64,000 nt of DNA from NCBI GenBank assembly GCA_965214095.1, contig OZ243938.1, positions 2,688,001-2,752,000 of the forward strand, given 5' to 3'. This DNA is from Candidatus Poribacteria bacterium (GTDB lineage Bacteria > Poribacteria > WGA-4E > WGA-3G). The notes below the pieces were generated by a model. It did no database searches and was not told the origin of the DNA. It saw only the letters and a list, made by a program, of their open reading frames with translations. Shown piece by piece: positions 1 to 10,808 of the stretch. Position numbers and translations under genes: made by a program. Numbering within the stretch: position 1 is the stretch's first letter; each line of letters begins with the position of its first letter.

Positions 1-3000
1 GATCAACCCACTGTTTAACAACTTGATTGTCTTCACTGTTCTTTATATTCAACATCTTCTGTTTAATTGTATCATAGTGAAAACTTGCAGACCCTGCACA
101 CACACCTTCCGGAAAATTCGCCATCAACGAGCGTCTGACATCATCTCGTGTCCCATATCGTTTTAGGACTGATCGGACGAGAGAAGTTGACCATTCATTT
201 TCATCGTAGGTTTTAGGTACAAGTCTACGGGCAAGAATGTAGGCATGTTTTTCCACGTCTCTATCAACCCATTCCCATATTCTTTGACGTGGAAATAGGG
301 TTAATGCCCCCTTTCCTTTTTCTGTTTCTGATATATCCCCTTCTCTTAACCATCGATCTAAAGAAAGTTGCTTTGAAAAAGCTTTCTGTTTCTCTAAGTG
401 TTCTAAGCGTAGACATACGAGTTCCCATGTTTTTTCAGGTTGTTGTCTGCTTATTTTTGACAGAACCAAGGCTGGACTTGGATCAAATCCACCTACAATA
501 GTGCCTTCTGCTCCAAAGTGAGAAAGCATTATATCTGCCAATTCTAAACTTCTCTCAGGATAGAATTGCAGAAATGCGTTCGCTATTCCTGACCAATAGT
601 AATCTGTCATAGTATCATATCTATATCCTTTTGATTCTTCAAATAGCAATGGGTGTGTGAGTATTTGGAATGTAAAATCACATGGTAGTGTTTGCTTTGA
701 TTTTTCAGGAAAGAAGTAACAGAAGTAAAGATTTAATACAGTTGAAATAGCGGATTTTTCTGGAACATTTAACAGGAACTCAATCCATGCTTTGAACACT
801 TCATAGGATAAACTTTCAATCGTTTTGCCATAAACGAAAATTCGAAAATGTTTGATGTTGATGATTCCTTGTGTCGCAAGCTTAAGAATACGCAAACCTG
901 CCCTATCTGTCAAATCAGAACGAAGTGTAATATCTGGAATTAGCAGATTTAGCGTGCAATCTTCAACTAACTCATCAAGCTGTTCTTCCCATTCTGCAAT
1001 ATTGTTTTCAAATAATGTTCGAAAATAACCACCCAGAAGATAGCTACTTGCATTGTCACCTGCGTTTCGTTGGGCATCAAGAAGCATCGGTAGAAGCGTG
1101 AGATTCTTATCTTTCTTCCCAAGTTCATACCCAAATTTATCACCATTCTTAGCTTCAGTAGTTACAAGCCATGGAAGTTCTGAATGTAAAAGAGAAGAAT
1201 CTTTAACGGATTGTTGAGCGAGTTTTTCAAGATACGGTTGGATACGATCAATACCCTCTCTGCCTTTCTCAATTTGGTCTTCAACCAGATCCATACCAAC
1301 ATACCGTTGCATTTGGGAATGATAATCAGCATCAATCAATCCATCTCTTATTTTTTCAAAACGTTGACGCACTTCAGTGGGTAGTCCTTTATTCTCAACA
1401 TAAGAATTATCATGAAACAAGATTTTGCTAATAATTTCAATGACCTGTTTTTCGCTTGCATATTTCTTTTCGGTTATTGTTTCAACCGTAATTACAATCA
1501 TATTACCTAAAGCGGGTATTCTTCCAAGCGAACCTGCACGCCCAAGCAGAATGCCTACTGCTTCTTCACGTTCATCATCGGGTAAATGTTCTAATTGTTC
1601 TGATAGAAGTTGCCATACTTGGCGATAGGTATCCCACCATTCTGGGTATGTCTTAGGTTCCCAAAGTTTAGGTGGCTTACGTAATCCTTGAAATCTTCCA
1701 TTCGTTGATCGTGAGAAATATTCTGATTGTAAAGCAGCATTGCAAGCTTTTAATGCCAGGGCACGACGATCTTCTGAATCAGATTCAAACGTCTCTCTTA
1801 AGATCTGTAACCGTTCTAATGGATGGGCTTCAGTGGGGGCAACTCTTCCAGGACCTGGTGAAAAGAGTTCAGCAAATATGCCGCTGGCATTGTTCGAATA
1901 ACCTTCATTTTCTGCTTCACCAAGGGCAAGAAGTAATCTCGCTGCATCGGCAAACAACTCATTATATACGGCTATCTTTTCAAGTGCCCATACAATATAT
2001 CTACGCCCCTCTCTGAATTGTAAAAGTGTTTCTTTATCGTATGTCCCTAAGGTTCTCATAAGACATCTTAGCGCATATTTTGGATTCGCTTCAGTCAGTA
2101 CTGAAAAAAAATTGCTGCCCAACCTTGTATTTAGGAATTCGTCATCCACAAAAGGACCGTTCGGTCCGAGAAGATCCTTAACAATTCTTGATGCTGCATC
2201 TGACTCAGCTGCATACTGGAACATCTCATAAAACCACTCAACTAACTTTGGGGTTAAAGTCTGGCGAAATCTTTCAAAGTGAAATCCCTTTCCACGCCGA
2301 TCCCACCATTGCGACCACAACTTTATATGAAGTGCTTTTGGCGTAATATATAGGGTAAACTCACCTTGAAGGATTTTACGTTCCCTTAGTTCATAGACGA
2401 TTTCTTGGAACCTATCCCATGTGATTTGCGGATTAGCGTCTTCAATCATTTTGGAGATGACTTTAGCCTCATTGATAACAGGGCCTTCATAACCGAAACA
2501 CTTAAATAGTGCAAGATGCTGTAGTACTATTCGTCGTTGTTCAGTCTTTTCACTTTGTAATGCATCTCCTGCCGCGATATATCTCTCCCAGATATTGACT
2601 GTTGCAGGTGGTTTGAGTACATCTTCTGGATTATTCGTTAAGTTCCAGCCAATAATATGGGCTACCCTCGGGGAACCATCACAGAGCGTTGACCAACGGT
2701 CTGCTTGGTCTGGAGGTATCATATATTCCTGAATGAAGATATTACGAATCTGTTCATTTTCAAGAGGGGGAATAACATGATAAGCAATATCACCAGGTAT
2801 GTCTTCATAATCATTATAGATAGTAATTAATTTTATTCTTGGACTATAATGTTTCAGTTCATTCCATATCCGTGCACGACTGTCCGGATCGCATTCATCT
2901 ATTACTACGATAGCAGGAAGGTTATCATTAAATCTGAGCTCATTCATTACTGCCCCAGTTTCGATCTGAGAAGGTGATCTAAAATAGAGGACAAGTGGAG

Positions 3001-3772
3001 ATAAGTCGTCTGTCCTCGTTGCCTCTAAAACTAACCTTGTTTTTCCGATTCCAGGTTCTCCCCAGACTCTGACATGAATGGGATAATCGTCTCTCCGTAA
3101 ATCATCCTGAATTCTCTGTATTAATTCATTCTGCAAATGACCTTGGACAAATGGAACACGTAGATCAGGATATCGTGACCATCCACCGTGAGTTTGATAT
3201 TGTGCTTCATGAAACCCCTTGAGGTACAGTTCTAATAATGGAAAATCCTGCAGAAAACTGATCAGGATTTCTTGGTTCCATACCTTGATTTTGGGGGTAT
3301 CATATTCACATTGTCCTAAATATTCTATGATGTGTGAATTAGCTTTGTCTAATTGAGACTTTGAAAAGTTAATTCCAGTGCAAACCAAGATGTAAGTGCC
3401 CCCAGCATCAAGACATGTACGAATTCTTAAACCAAGATTTTCCTTATTGATAGGAGTTTTTTCGCCTCCAAAGAGTGCTTTTTGGATCATAGATTTCTGC
3501 CAAGGCTTAAATTCGGCACCAGATTTGACCTGATAGCCGTTTTTTCCAATATCAATTATTTCGCTTTCTGGTATAGATGTGTCCGCATCAACAATAGCAT
3601 CAATTCCTCCATCTGAGGCATCGGTATTAATTGGCGCATCAACTTTACAAGTTCCTGGACCAAGTTTACGCGCTTCTGCCCATAACAGATCTCTAACAAA
3701 TTGCTCGGATTGTGTTGAATTAAGTCTGCCAAGATGTTCTTTCTTAACGGTAGATATATTTTCGTTAATCAT
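1..3772 (-). CDS. Avs-like antiviral protein: N-terminal Mrr-like PD-(D/Q)xK nuclease + STAND NTPase + long helical C-terminal region (3' end runs off the window; >1250 aa)
   Basis: Hand translation from ATG at 3772: MINENISTVKKEHLGRL..DASDGGIDAIV..GYQVKSG..VRVWGEPGIGKTRLVLEA..AIVVIDEC. The same frame is open at the window start (..SEDNQVVKQWVD). No minus-strand ORF is listed here, consistent with one unterminated frame. Confidence 0.85.
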   Translation of the reverse strand, partial: MINENISTVKKEHLGRLNSTQSEQFVRDLLWAEARKLGPGTCKVDAPINTDASDGGIDAIVDADTSIPESEIIDIGKNGYQVKSGAEFKPWQKSMIQKALFGGEKTPINKENLGLRIRTCLDAGGTYILVCTGINFSKSQLDKANSHIIEYLGQCEYDTPKIKVWNQEILISFLQDFPLLELYLKGFHEAQYQTHGGWSRYPDLRVPFVQGHLQNELIQRIQDDLRRDDYPIHVRVWGEPGIGKTRLVLEATRTDDLSPLVLYFRSPSQIETGAVMNELRFNDNLPAIVVIDECDPDSRARIWNELKHYSPRIKLITIYNDYEDIPGDIAYHVIPPLENEQIRNIFIQEYMIPPDQADRWSTLCDGSPRVAHIIGWNLTNNPEDVLKPPATVNIWERYIAAGDALQSEKTEQRRIVLQHLALFKCFGYEGPVINEAKVISKMIEDANPQITWDRFQEIVYELRERKILQGEFTLYITPKALHIKLWSQWWDRRGKGFHFERFRQTLTPKLVEWFYEMFQYAAESDAASRIVKDLLGPNGPFVDDEFLNTRLGSNFFSVLTEANPKYALRCLMRTLGTYDKETLLQFREGRRYIVWALEKIAVYNELFADAARLLLALGEAENEGYSNNASGIFAELFSPGPGRVAPTEAHPLERLQILRETFESDSEDRRALALKACNAALQSEYFSRSTNGRFQGLRKPPKLWEPKTYPEWWDTYRQVWQLLSEQLEHLPDDEREEAVGILLGRAGSLGRIPALGNMIVITVETITEKKYASEKQVIEIISKILFHDNSYVENKGLPTEVRQRFEKIRDGLIDADYHSQMQRYVGMDLVEDQIEKGREGIDRIQPYLEKLAQQSVKDSSLLHSELPWLVTTEAKNGDKFGYELGKKDKNLTLLPMLLDAQRNAGDNASSYLLGGYFRTLFENNIAEWEEQLDELVEDCTLNLLIPDITLRSDLTDRAGLRILKLATQGIINIKHFRIFVYGKTIESLSYEVFKAWIEFLLNVPEKSAISTVLNLYFCYFFPEKSKQTLPCDFTFQILTHPLLFEESKGYRYDTMTDYYWSGIANAFLQFYPERSLELADIMLSHFGAEGTIVGGFDPSPALVLSKISRQQPEKTWELVCLRLEHLEKQKAFSKQLSLDRWLREGDISETEKGKGALTLFPRQRIWEWVDRDVEKHAYILARRLVPKTYDENEWSTSLVRSVLKRYGTRDDVRRSLMANFPEGVCAGSASFHYDTIKQKMLNIKNSEDNQVVKQWVD

Positions 3773-3855
3773 TATCTAACTCCAAGTGCTTAATGATAGA
3801 AACAGAATATCATAGGTTTTAGATATATGCCAAGTTCATTTATTTTGTCATTCTA

Positions 3856-5880
3856 CTAATCAGCATTTCCCTCTGCGGTTGCAAAATCTAATACCGGCTC
3901 ACTCTCAACCCGCTTACTCGGCAAACTCAACACCGCTTCCACAATCAATGCCACCAGCATAGCGATGAGGAAAATACGCCAGAGTTCATTCGCTAAGGAG
4001 GAGGTATCCCCAACCTCTACATCTATTCTCCGATATGATATGCCATTAAACAGCGCGTCCACAGCCTCTACTCCGGCAGCTTTAGCAGTATCTTCAGTTT
4101 CACTACGATTCACCGCTACCCAATATGTCTCATCTCGGTAGACACCTGCATGCATGCCACGTTGTGATACAGAAACTGTATCGCCTTCGGGGGCAACTGC
4201 TTTCCACTGTTCCCGATCTGTAAGGGCATCAGGTGCAGCGTCTCGTTGAGATGCCTCAGCCAATGCACGACACCCTTCAGCTAATGCACGTTGCAGCATG
4301 ACATAAAACACCACACCATCACGCTCAAGGGAAGAGTACTGTGCTGTCGGTAACGTACTACAAAAATATGCACCATTACGATCAGTATTTATACGGGTTA
4401 AAAGTGGAATATCAACACCATACCTTGCTAACGTTGTTCCGCTACTCTCAAGGGAACGATAACGATAGGTGCGGAGTTCGTTCAGTGGCAGTGAATCACC
4501 ACTTTCTGCGCGTGCCAATAAATCAGCATCGCTACGCCACCATGAGACATTGAAAAGTTGACCATCACTCGGATTCTGCCAGTCACTCCAACGGGTATCA
4601 TACATATTGTCCCCCGCATTCTGCTGACTCGGTGGGAAGAAAATAACGACCCGTCCATTGTTGACGAAATTCTGAATCTGTTCCGCTACTAATCCGTTAG
4701 GCAAAGCAGCCTGCCAGATCAATAACCCCGTATTTTCCCAGTCGATTTCTCCAACACGGTTCACAGACACCACATCTGCTTGATGTTGGAGTCGAGAATC
4801 TGGTGGTATGTCAAGTGCACGCCTGAATGATTCACCTATGCTTGCATCATCACTGACAATAACCGATCTGCGTACCGGGGGTTCAGAAAATACAAAGTAA
4901 AATCGGTTGTCCAATGGGTTAGCATCACCGGGTAACCCAACAGAACCCCACCCTGAAGTAAGTTCCCCGTCAATTGGGATACGATGTCCTTTTATAGATG
5001 CACCACGCACATCAAGTTCAACTTCCACCACAGAACGAATGTTGTTGACTTCAAACTCAATCGGGACTTGTCGTATTGCGGTAGTGTTGCCTTCAGCACG
5101 AACCATCACATCAAGAATGAGTTCTGCTTCGTTACCGCGTTGCCACCGCAGTACGTTTTGCACTCGGACAGATAAATTGTCCGAAGGTGGCGTTGCATAG
5201 GCAAGCAGGAAATGATGCACACCATCTAATAAGGCAAATTCTTCACGCAATGCATCCCAACGTCCGCTTTCAACAGTCCAATCGCTCTCTTGCAAGTCTG
5301 AACAGAGCCATACGTCTGCGCGTCCAGAATTGTTCGTTTTAAGATAGGTCAGAGCAGTTTCATACATACCCGGTATATTGGAACTGGTTGCAGTCGCTTC
5401 AGTCAATGGCAAACTTAACAGTGCCTTCGGTGAATCTACTTCATGCAGTTGTCCTGTGGCACCGTCAATCAAAATCAAGTGTGTTCCGTAATCTCCTTGT
5501 TCCAGCAATTGCGCGAGTCTTTTTAGTCCAGTAGATCTTTTAGATTCACCAGCCTGCAGGTCTTGTGCTTCCATACTTGCGGATCGGTCAAGCAGAACCA
5601 TAGTTACATCGGGTTTAGCTAAACCAATACTTCCTAACCATCCACCAGATAAGGGGCGGCTTATGGCAAATATTAAGGCAGCGATAGCAAGGGTGCGCAT
5701 GAGTAATATAAGAATGTGACGAATGCGTGCCATACCTCTACTCATGCGTTTCGCAGTCATCAGAAACATCATCGCTGCCCACGGCATAGTTCGGTGCCGT
5801 TGTTGATTGATTAGGTGAATGATGACCGGCAATAACATCAGTGGGAGTGCTATGAGCATTAAAGGTTGTAAAAAATTCAT
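3856..5880 (-). CDS. BatA N-terminal domain / VWA-like membrane protein
   Basis: MNFLQP..LPVIIHL..W.AMMFL BatA double-TM start, LLDRSASM VWA motif, C-terminal TM; downstream of MoxR-DUF58. Confidence 0.85.
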   Translation of the reverse strand: MNFLQPLMLIALPLMLLPVIIHLINQQRHRTMPWAAMMFLMTAKRMSRGMARIRHILILLMRTLAIAALIFAISRPLSGGWLGSIGLAKPDVTMVLLDRSASMEAQDLQAGESKRSTGLKRLAQLLEQGDYGTHLILIDGATGQLHEVDSPKALLSLPLTEATATSSNIPGMYETALTYLKTNNSGRADVWLCSDLQESDWTVESGRWDALREEFALLDGVHHFLLAYATPPSDNLSVRVQNVLRWQRGNEAELILDVMVRAEGNTTAIRQVPIEFEVNNIRSVVEVELDVRGASIKGHRIPIDGELTSGWGSVGLPGDANPLDNRFYFVFSEPPVRRSVIVSDDASIGESFRRALDIPPDSRLQHQADVVSVNRVGEIDWENTGLLIWQAALPNGLVAEQIQNFVNNGRVVIFFPPSQQNAGDNMYDTRWSDWQNPSDGQLFNVSWWRSDADLLARAESGDSLPLNELRTYRYRSLESSGTTLARYGVDIPLLTRINTDRNGAYFCSTLPTAQYSSLERDGVVFYVMLQRALAEGCRALAEASQRDAAPDALTDREQWKAVAPEGDTVSVSQRGMHAGVYRDETYWVAVNRSETEDTAKAAGVEAVDALFNGISYRRIDVEVGDTSSLANELWRIFLIAMLVALIVEAVLSLPSKRVESEPVLDFATAEGNAD

Positions 5881-5896
5881 AATTTGATCTCAATAA

Positions 5897-6058
5897 TCGG
5901 CTATCAGCCGTCAGTTTTCAGTTTATTTTGCATATAGTTCGTATTTATTTGATTTGCCGTATTAGCAAATTTAGTATATTTATCTTTTTGGGTATTATCT
6001 TTTTTATCGATTTAGGTTTATCTACTTTGAGACAGCCGACTACTGACCGCCAACAGCC
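5897..6058. repeat. Degenerate heptamer-repeat inverted pair (ctatcag/ccgtcag/ttttcag ... ctgaccg/caacagcc)
   Basis: Imperfect inverted arms at about 5897-5923 and 6031-6058 around an AT-rich spacer; similar to 58932-58998. Confidence 0.45.
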
Positions 6059-6060
6059 AT

Positions 6061-6966
6061 TTACGCACGTTTTTTCGGAGTTCTACTCAGGAGGAATTTC
6101 GCTAATACGTCTCCGTAATCTTCGTCAATACAGATACGATTGTAGTCAATCTCGGTGTCACGGATAACTTCGTTCATGCTCTCAATATACGTTTCAATTG
6201 CACGACGATACTGATCACCGATAATAATTGGATCCGCTAATACGGGTTCACCACCCTCTAAATCAACAAATCGAATGGGACGATCGAACTCAAAATCAAG
6301 TTCGCTTTGCTCCATCAGATGGAAAACTGCTACATCGTGCTTACGGAACCGTAGATGCTCAAAGCAGTTTCTCGCCACTTCAGGGTCAAAGAAGAGATCG
6401 GAAATGATGATAATCAACGCACGTTGTGAGATGCGTTCAGCCGTTTGGTGGAGTACTTCAGCTAACCCTGTTTCACCCGATGGTTCTACAGAACCGAGTT
6501 CATCAAGAACCGCGCTGAGGTGTGTAGCACTCCGCTTGGGTGGGATTTCTTTGTGGAACTGTGTACCTGCACAGTAGAGACCGACTGCATCACCTTGCAT
6601 CGCGGCCATATAGGCTAATGTGCCACCGATACGACGCGCATAGTCAAGTTTGCTCATACCATTATACGCGAATCCCATAGATCCGCTCGTATCAACAATT
6701 AGACATAAACGTAGGTTTGTGTCTGCCTCAAATTCTTTGATGTAGTAGCGATCGTTCCGCGCATAAGCACGCCAATCCAACCTACGGGTGTCATCACCCG
6801 GCACATACTTACGGTACTCCGCAAATTCAAGACTTGAACCGCGAATCGGACTGCGATGTTTACCGGATACGTTCCCGATCATCGGCAACCGAGCATGCAG
6901 TTGTAAAGTTGAGAGACGTTCCAGTACCTTCTGATTGAGATAATCTCGTTTGAGTTGCAGTGCCAT
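6061..6966 (-). CDS. DUF58 domain protein
   Basis: G.S.EFAEYRKYVPGDDTRRLDW..YAR..RYYIKEFE and DTSGSM motifs. Confidence 0.93.
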   Translation of the reverse strand: MALQLKRDYLNQKVLERLSTLQLHARLPMIGNVSGKHRSPIRGSSLEFAEYRKYVPGDDTRRLDWRAYARNDRYYIKEFEADTNLRLCLIVDTSGSMGFAYNGMSKLDYARRIGGTLAYMAAMQGDAVGLYCAGTQFHKEIPPKRSATHLSAVLDELGSVEPSGETGLAEVLHQTAERISQRALIIIISDLFFDPEVARNCFEHLRFRKHDVAVFHLMEQSELDFEFDRPIRFVDLEGGEPVLADPIIIGDQYRRAIETYIESMNEVIRDTEIDYNRICIDEDYGDVLAKFLLSRTPKKRA

Positions 6967-6969
6967 AGT

Positions 6970-7989
6970 TTACCCCTGCTCAGATAACTCTTCAACGAGA
7001 CGTTCAACGATATCTTGGCTTGTGATATTTTCGGATTCGGCAGCAAAGGATGTGATAACGCGGTGTGCAAGTACCGGATTTGCTACTGCGACTACATCTT
7101 CAAGGCGTGCCATGTAACTACCACTAAGTGCTGCACGTGCCTTGGCACCGAGGATAAGATATTGGACTGCACGAGGACCAGCACCCCAAGCGACAAGCGG
7201 TTTCAGCCAATCTGGCGCCGCATCGCTTTTTGGACGTGTACTACGCGCCAAATCAACTGCGAATTCATAGATATGTTCGGATACAGGCACACGACGAACG
7301 AGATTTTGAAACGCTATCACATGATCACCTGTGAGGACATGGTCTAACTCTGGCAAAGACATACCAGTTGTTGTCCGGGCAATTTCAATCTCTTCAGAAC
7401 GATCAGGATAATCCACATCTATTCTAAACATGAATCGGTCTAATTGTGCCTCTGGTAATGGATATGTTCCTTCCTGCTCAATCGGATTTTGCGTAGCTAA
7501 TACAAAGAACGGAGGATCCAACTGATAGGTTCTGCCGATTACTGTTATTTTGTGTTCCTGCATCGCTTCAAGCATCGCTGCTTGTGTTTTGGAAGGAGCG
7601 CGGTTAATCTCATCCGCGAGAATTAGGTTGGCAAAAAGCGGTCCCTTAACAAACTCAAACTCGCGTCTGCCACCGGGTATCTCTTGCAGAATATCAGTAC
7701 CAGTGATGTCCATCGGCATAAGGTCAGGTGTGAACTGAATGCGACTAAACCCCAATGCCATTGTTTCAGCAAACTTTCTTACTAAAAGAGTCTTTGCTAA
7801 TCCGGGGACACCCATAAGGAGCGCATGTCCTTGTGAAAATAGACAGATTGATAAATTCTCTATGACTTGTTCCTGACCGATGATGATTTTGGCAAGTGCT
7901 TCTTTTAACTGGGCGTAGACATCGCGTAATTCATCAATTGCAGCAACGTCATCGGCATCCATTTGGTCAACGTGTTGTGGTGTTTGCAT
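6970..7989 (-). CDS. moxR: MoxR-family AAA+ ATPase
   Basis: GVPGLAKT, RIQFTPDLMPMDITG, LADEINRAPSKTQAAMLEAM, ATQNPIEQEGTYPLPEAQLDRF. Confidence 0.95.
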   Translation of the reverse strand: MQTPQHVDQMDADDVAAIDELRDVYAQLKEALAKIIIGQEQVIENLSICLFSQGHALLMGVPGLAKTLLVRKFAETMALGFSRIQFTPDLMPMDITGTDILQEIPGGRREFEFVKGPLFANLILADEINRAPSKTQAAMLEAMQEHKITVIGRTYQLDPPFFVLATQNPIEQEGTYPLPEAQLDRFMFRIDVDYPDRSEEIEIARTTTGMSLPELDHVLTGDHVIAFQNLVRRVPVSEHIYEFAVDLARSTRPKSDAAPDWLKPLVAWGAGPRAVQYLILGAKARAALSGSYMARLEDVVAVANPVLAHRVITSFAAESENITSQDIVERLVEELSEQG

Positions 7990-8111
7990 TAGAATCCTTT
8001 ATGAATTATGGTTGTTTGAGTTTTTCAATTAAGTTGCGGTCTTTGACTTCTAACGAATATAATTGTCTGCACAAAGATTTATAGATTATAGGATGATAAA
8101 TGTGTATATGT

Positions 8112-8753
8112 TTATGAGGAAGAGTTTTCCTGTAATGTATTCGTGTGCTGTCCATTGCAACTCGCTTGGAAGACAGCATCAATTGCTCCGAATAATTGTG
8201 GTAAATTGTCCATCGTCACACTTGTTCTGTCTCGTATAAAAGCATCTCCAATGAGTTGCCCAAATTGCCACATTGTTCCGTCGCTTACAATACCGTAGAC
8301 ATGTATATCGGGATCGCCATTTATTTTTTGTGCAGCGAGCATCTCCGCGATGCATTGTCCCCAACCCATATCAAAGTCGTTCTTCTTCGCTTCAACAAGG
8401 ATAATCAAGGGGATTCCGACTACAGGAAGTCCTAATTCAGACCTTGTAGCGATAAGATAATCTGGAGTGCCGCTCAGTGTTTCATCATAAGAGATGGCTT
8501 TCTTAATCCAGAGTGCATAGTCTTTTGCGTAGGGTTTGTATACCTCTTTTAATATCGGAAATATAATCGCCTCACATCGTGCTGCCTCAGAGGCATAAAT
8601 ATCAATATGTTGCGTACAAAACTCAAATTCTTCCAAAAATTGTTTTGAAGGGGGACACGAAGCATCATCAATTTGAACAAAATTCTTCACTGCGTATGTG
8701 ATTCTGAACTTTTCAAGCACTTCTGAAATCGTTTTGAAATCACTAAAAGCCAT
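8112..8753 (-). CDS. PD-(D/E)xK-fold hypothetical protein (type I restriction N-terminal-like)
   Basis: Probable start MAFSDFKT after GGAGG RBS; PDY..VEAKK..G.GQC.AEM.AAQ..YGIVSDG.W.F motifs. Confidence 0.7.
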   Translation of the reverse strand: MAFSDFKTISEVLEKFRITYAVKNFVQIDDASCPPSKQFLEEFEFCTQHIDIYASEAARCEAIIFPILKEVYKPYAKDYALWIKKAISYDETLSGTPDYLIATRSELGLPVVGIPLIILVEAKKNDFDMGWGQCIAEMLAAQKINGDPDIHVYGIVSDGTMWQFGQLIGDAFIRDRTSVTMDNLPQLFGAIDAVFQASCNGQHTNTLQENSSS

Positions 8754-8886
8754 GTGTCTATCCTCCAACTTCACATATTTTAACGTATACCATGTCAATA
8801 TGTCAAGGGGTAGCGAAAACCATAATCAATTCAGGAACTAACACTATTTCTAATTGACCACCTTTCATTCAACAAGAAACACGTTT

Positions 8887-8908
8887 GTAGTCGCGCAATT
8901 CATTGCGC
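8887..8908 (+). repeat. GTAG-type REP, family B (gtagtcgcgcaattcattgcgc)
   Basis: Copies at 38959-38980 (reverse) and 46911-46932, with shared flanks (..cc(t/c)ggacatt). Confidence 0.8.
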
Positions 8909-9104
8909 CTTGGACATTATTCAACAAGGTCTCTGTGCCCTACGATTTTCCAACTATTAAACATAGCTGGACACAGAGACCCTTACAATTAATTTATGAG
9001 ATACGTTCTATACTAAACTCATGGTTTTACTACTATATTGCTTATTAAAGACTCCTCTTGACAGGTAAATGGTTGCATAATTCTGTTGTGAATCGTTGAA
9101 ATAA

Positions 9105-10634
9105 TTATTTGCCACGTTTGTTTGAACGACTATTCTGTTCGTATCTGCGGTGGGACCGGGGACGGTACTGATACTTTAACGGCAACAACTCAATATTATT
9201 ATCCATCCATTCAAGGTGCTCTTCTAACCAAACTTTCATATCATCTACTTCACCTTGATAGGTAATACGTCCCGGACCGCGGTTGCCAAAGATCGTACGT
9301 CCGAACACTGGCCATCTCTGAAAATTCAGTTTTTGTGCTTCTGACAAATATTCCACTGTTCGATCAATTTCATCAAAGATTGTTGAAGTCGAAAGTTCAT
9401 CTTTTCGCAGTGTTTTCCACTTCTTAACAAGTTTCTGTTTGAAGTCTTCATCTTGTAGCAGCCGATGCCACCAGAAAGGAACAGGATTTGTATAAATCAA
9501 CCAACTATCTGTCTCCCAACCGTTGTGGAAAACGGTGTTCCCCATAGACAAATTGAAATCCCATACCGGTCCCGTATTGAGTTTTCCACTTCTGTCTTTA
9601 TACATATAGGCACTGAACCGAAATCCATCTGTGTTTTTGAACATCTCATTGATGATGAAATGATCTATAAAAGAATCAATATCAATGTACTTAGCGTATC
9701 CCTTCTCTTTGTCTTTAAAATTCTGTCCTGCTAAAACAGACTCAAATTCGCTCATATATTTCTGAATCCAGGCTTTTTGAGTGTACGACAACCGATGTCC
9801 TTTCGGATAAACATGAGCAAGTTGTGTCCCACGACGAGTATAGAAAAAGGTCTCTCTCGAATCCATTTTATCAATCTTGAGGATATATCCACCAGTAATT
9901 TCAGGAAGTGTGTTTTGGTTTGGTTTTAACGATTGAATAGGAACACGTTCTTTTCCACGTGCTATCTTTTCTATAAGTAGATACACCCCGATATAATGTT
10001 TCGCTTGTATCTTCTTATCACCATAAGTGTTCAGGAATACTTCAACAAATTTTGTCCGACTGGCGTATCTACCAATCCTGTTGCTGAACTCATAAGCCAA
10101 ATAGTTACGCATGAGTGTCTTGTCTGAATAAGGTCCATTCAGCACCCAGTCCGATCCAGCAGGCAATTGAAGTATAGATACATCTTTGTCATTACCTTTA
10201 CGGTCTTGAAACTCAAACCCATACTGACTTTTCGGAAAACCACGCGACGTTTGACCTCTGAGTTCTATTCCGATTCTTCCTTCAAAATGTACCTTGGGTT
10301 TGTCTATGGAGTTTCTGCCCCCCGATTCATCATAGATTATTTTCATTTTTGCTGGAATCTTAGGTTCGTCCGGAATCCATCTGCCATCTGTGTCAATAAC
10401 GACAATTGGTAAGTTGGATGTATGTGGCCAAGGGATATTTACAGGTGTCTGACGGTATCGGTAATCTTGACGGTTCTGCACATTTCTGCGGGGTTGAAAT
10501 TCATCTCGGTATGTAGGTGTTTCTGGTGGAGAAGGTTTCTTGGGTGTATCGTTAAAACAACCAGTGAGAAAAGATAATATAATGCTACATAGAAGTATCA
10601 GTGTGGTTTTTTGAAATAGGTGTATAGACATCAA
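9105..10634 (-). CDS. CotH-family kinase lipoprotein
   Basis: Lipobox LTGC; RGQTS..FPKSQY, DKTLMRN, YIGVYLLIEKI, N.DG, GPVWDFNLSMGN. Confidence 0.9.
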   Translation of the reverse strand: MMSIHLFQKTTLILLCSIILSFLTGCFNDTPKKPSPPETPTYRDEFQPRRNVQNRQDYRYRQTPVNIPWPHTSNLPIVVIDTDGRWIPDEPKIPAKMKIIYDESGGRNSIDKPKVHFEGRIGIELRGQTSRGFPKSQYGFEFQDRKGNDKDVSILQLPAGSDWVLNGPYSDKTLMRNYLAYEFSNRIGRYASRTKFVEVFLNTYGDKKIQAKHYIGVYLLIEKIARGKERVPIQSLKPNQNTLPEITGGYILKIDKMDSRETFFYTRRGTQLAHVYPKGHRLSYTQKAWIQKYMSEFESVLAGQNFKDKEKGYAKYIDIDSFIDHFIINEMFKNTDGFRFSAYMYKDRSGKLNTGPVWDFNLSMGNTVFHNGWETDSWLIYTNPVPFWWHRLLQDEDFKQKLVKKWKTLRKDELSTSTIFDEIDRTVEYLSEAQKLNFQRWPVFGRTIFGNRGPGRITYQGEVDDMKVWLEEHLEWMDNNIELLPLKYQYRPRSHRRYEQNSRSNKRGK

Positions 10635-10747
10635 TTATCTCTTATTGCAGGGAAGTGGATGGGTAAAGTGACAACAATAAGTATATCAGAATAGTAAAAG
10701 TAATTGCAAATGAATAATGTCGGTTTGTCGGTTCTTCTATGAAATAG

Positions 10748-10776
10748 TTGACAAACAACAAGAATTATGGAAAACT
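10748..10776 (+). promoter_or_regulatory. sigma70-like promoter
   Basis: TTGACA-N17-AAAACT upstream of ATG 10809. Confidence 0.5.
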
Positions 10777-10808
10777 TAAGCACAAATTATTGAAAGGAAG
10801 TTATCACA

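Noticed and set aside
289-3779. Short plus-strand ORFs in the track, and most other short antisense ORFs in the window
   Set aside because: They lie opposite longer genes with recognisable motifs and have no coding signal of their own.
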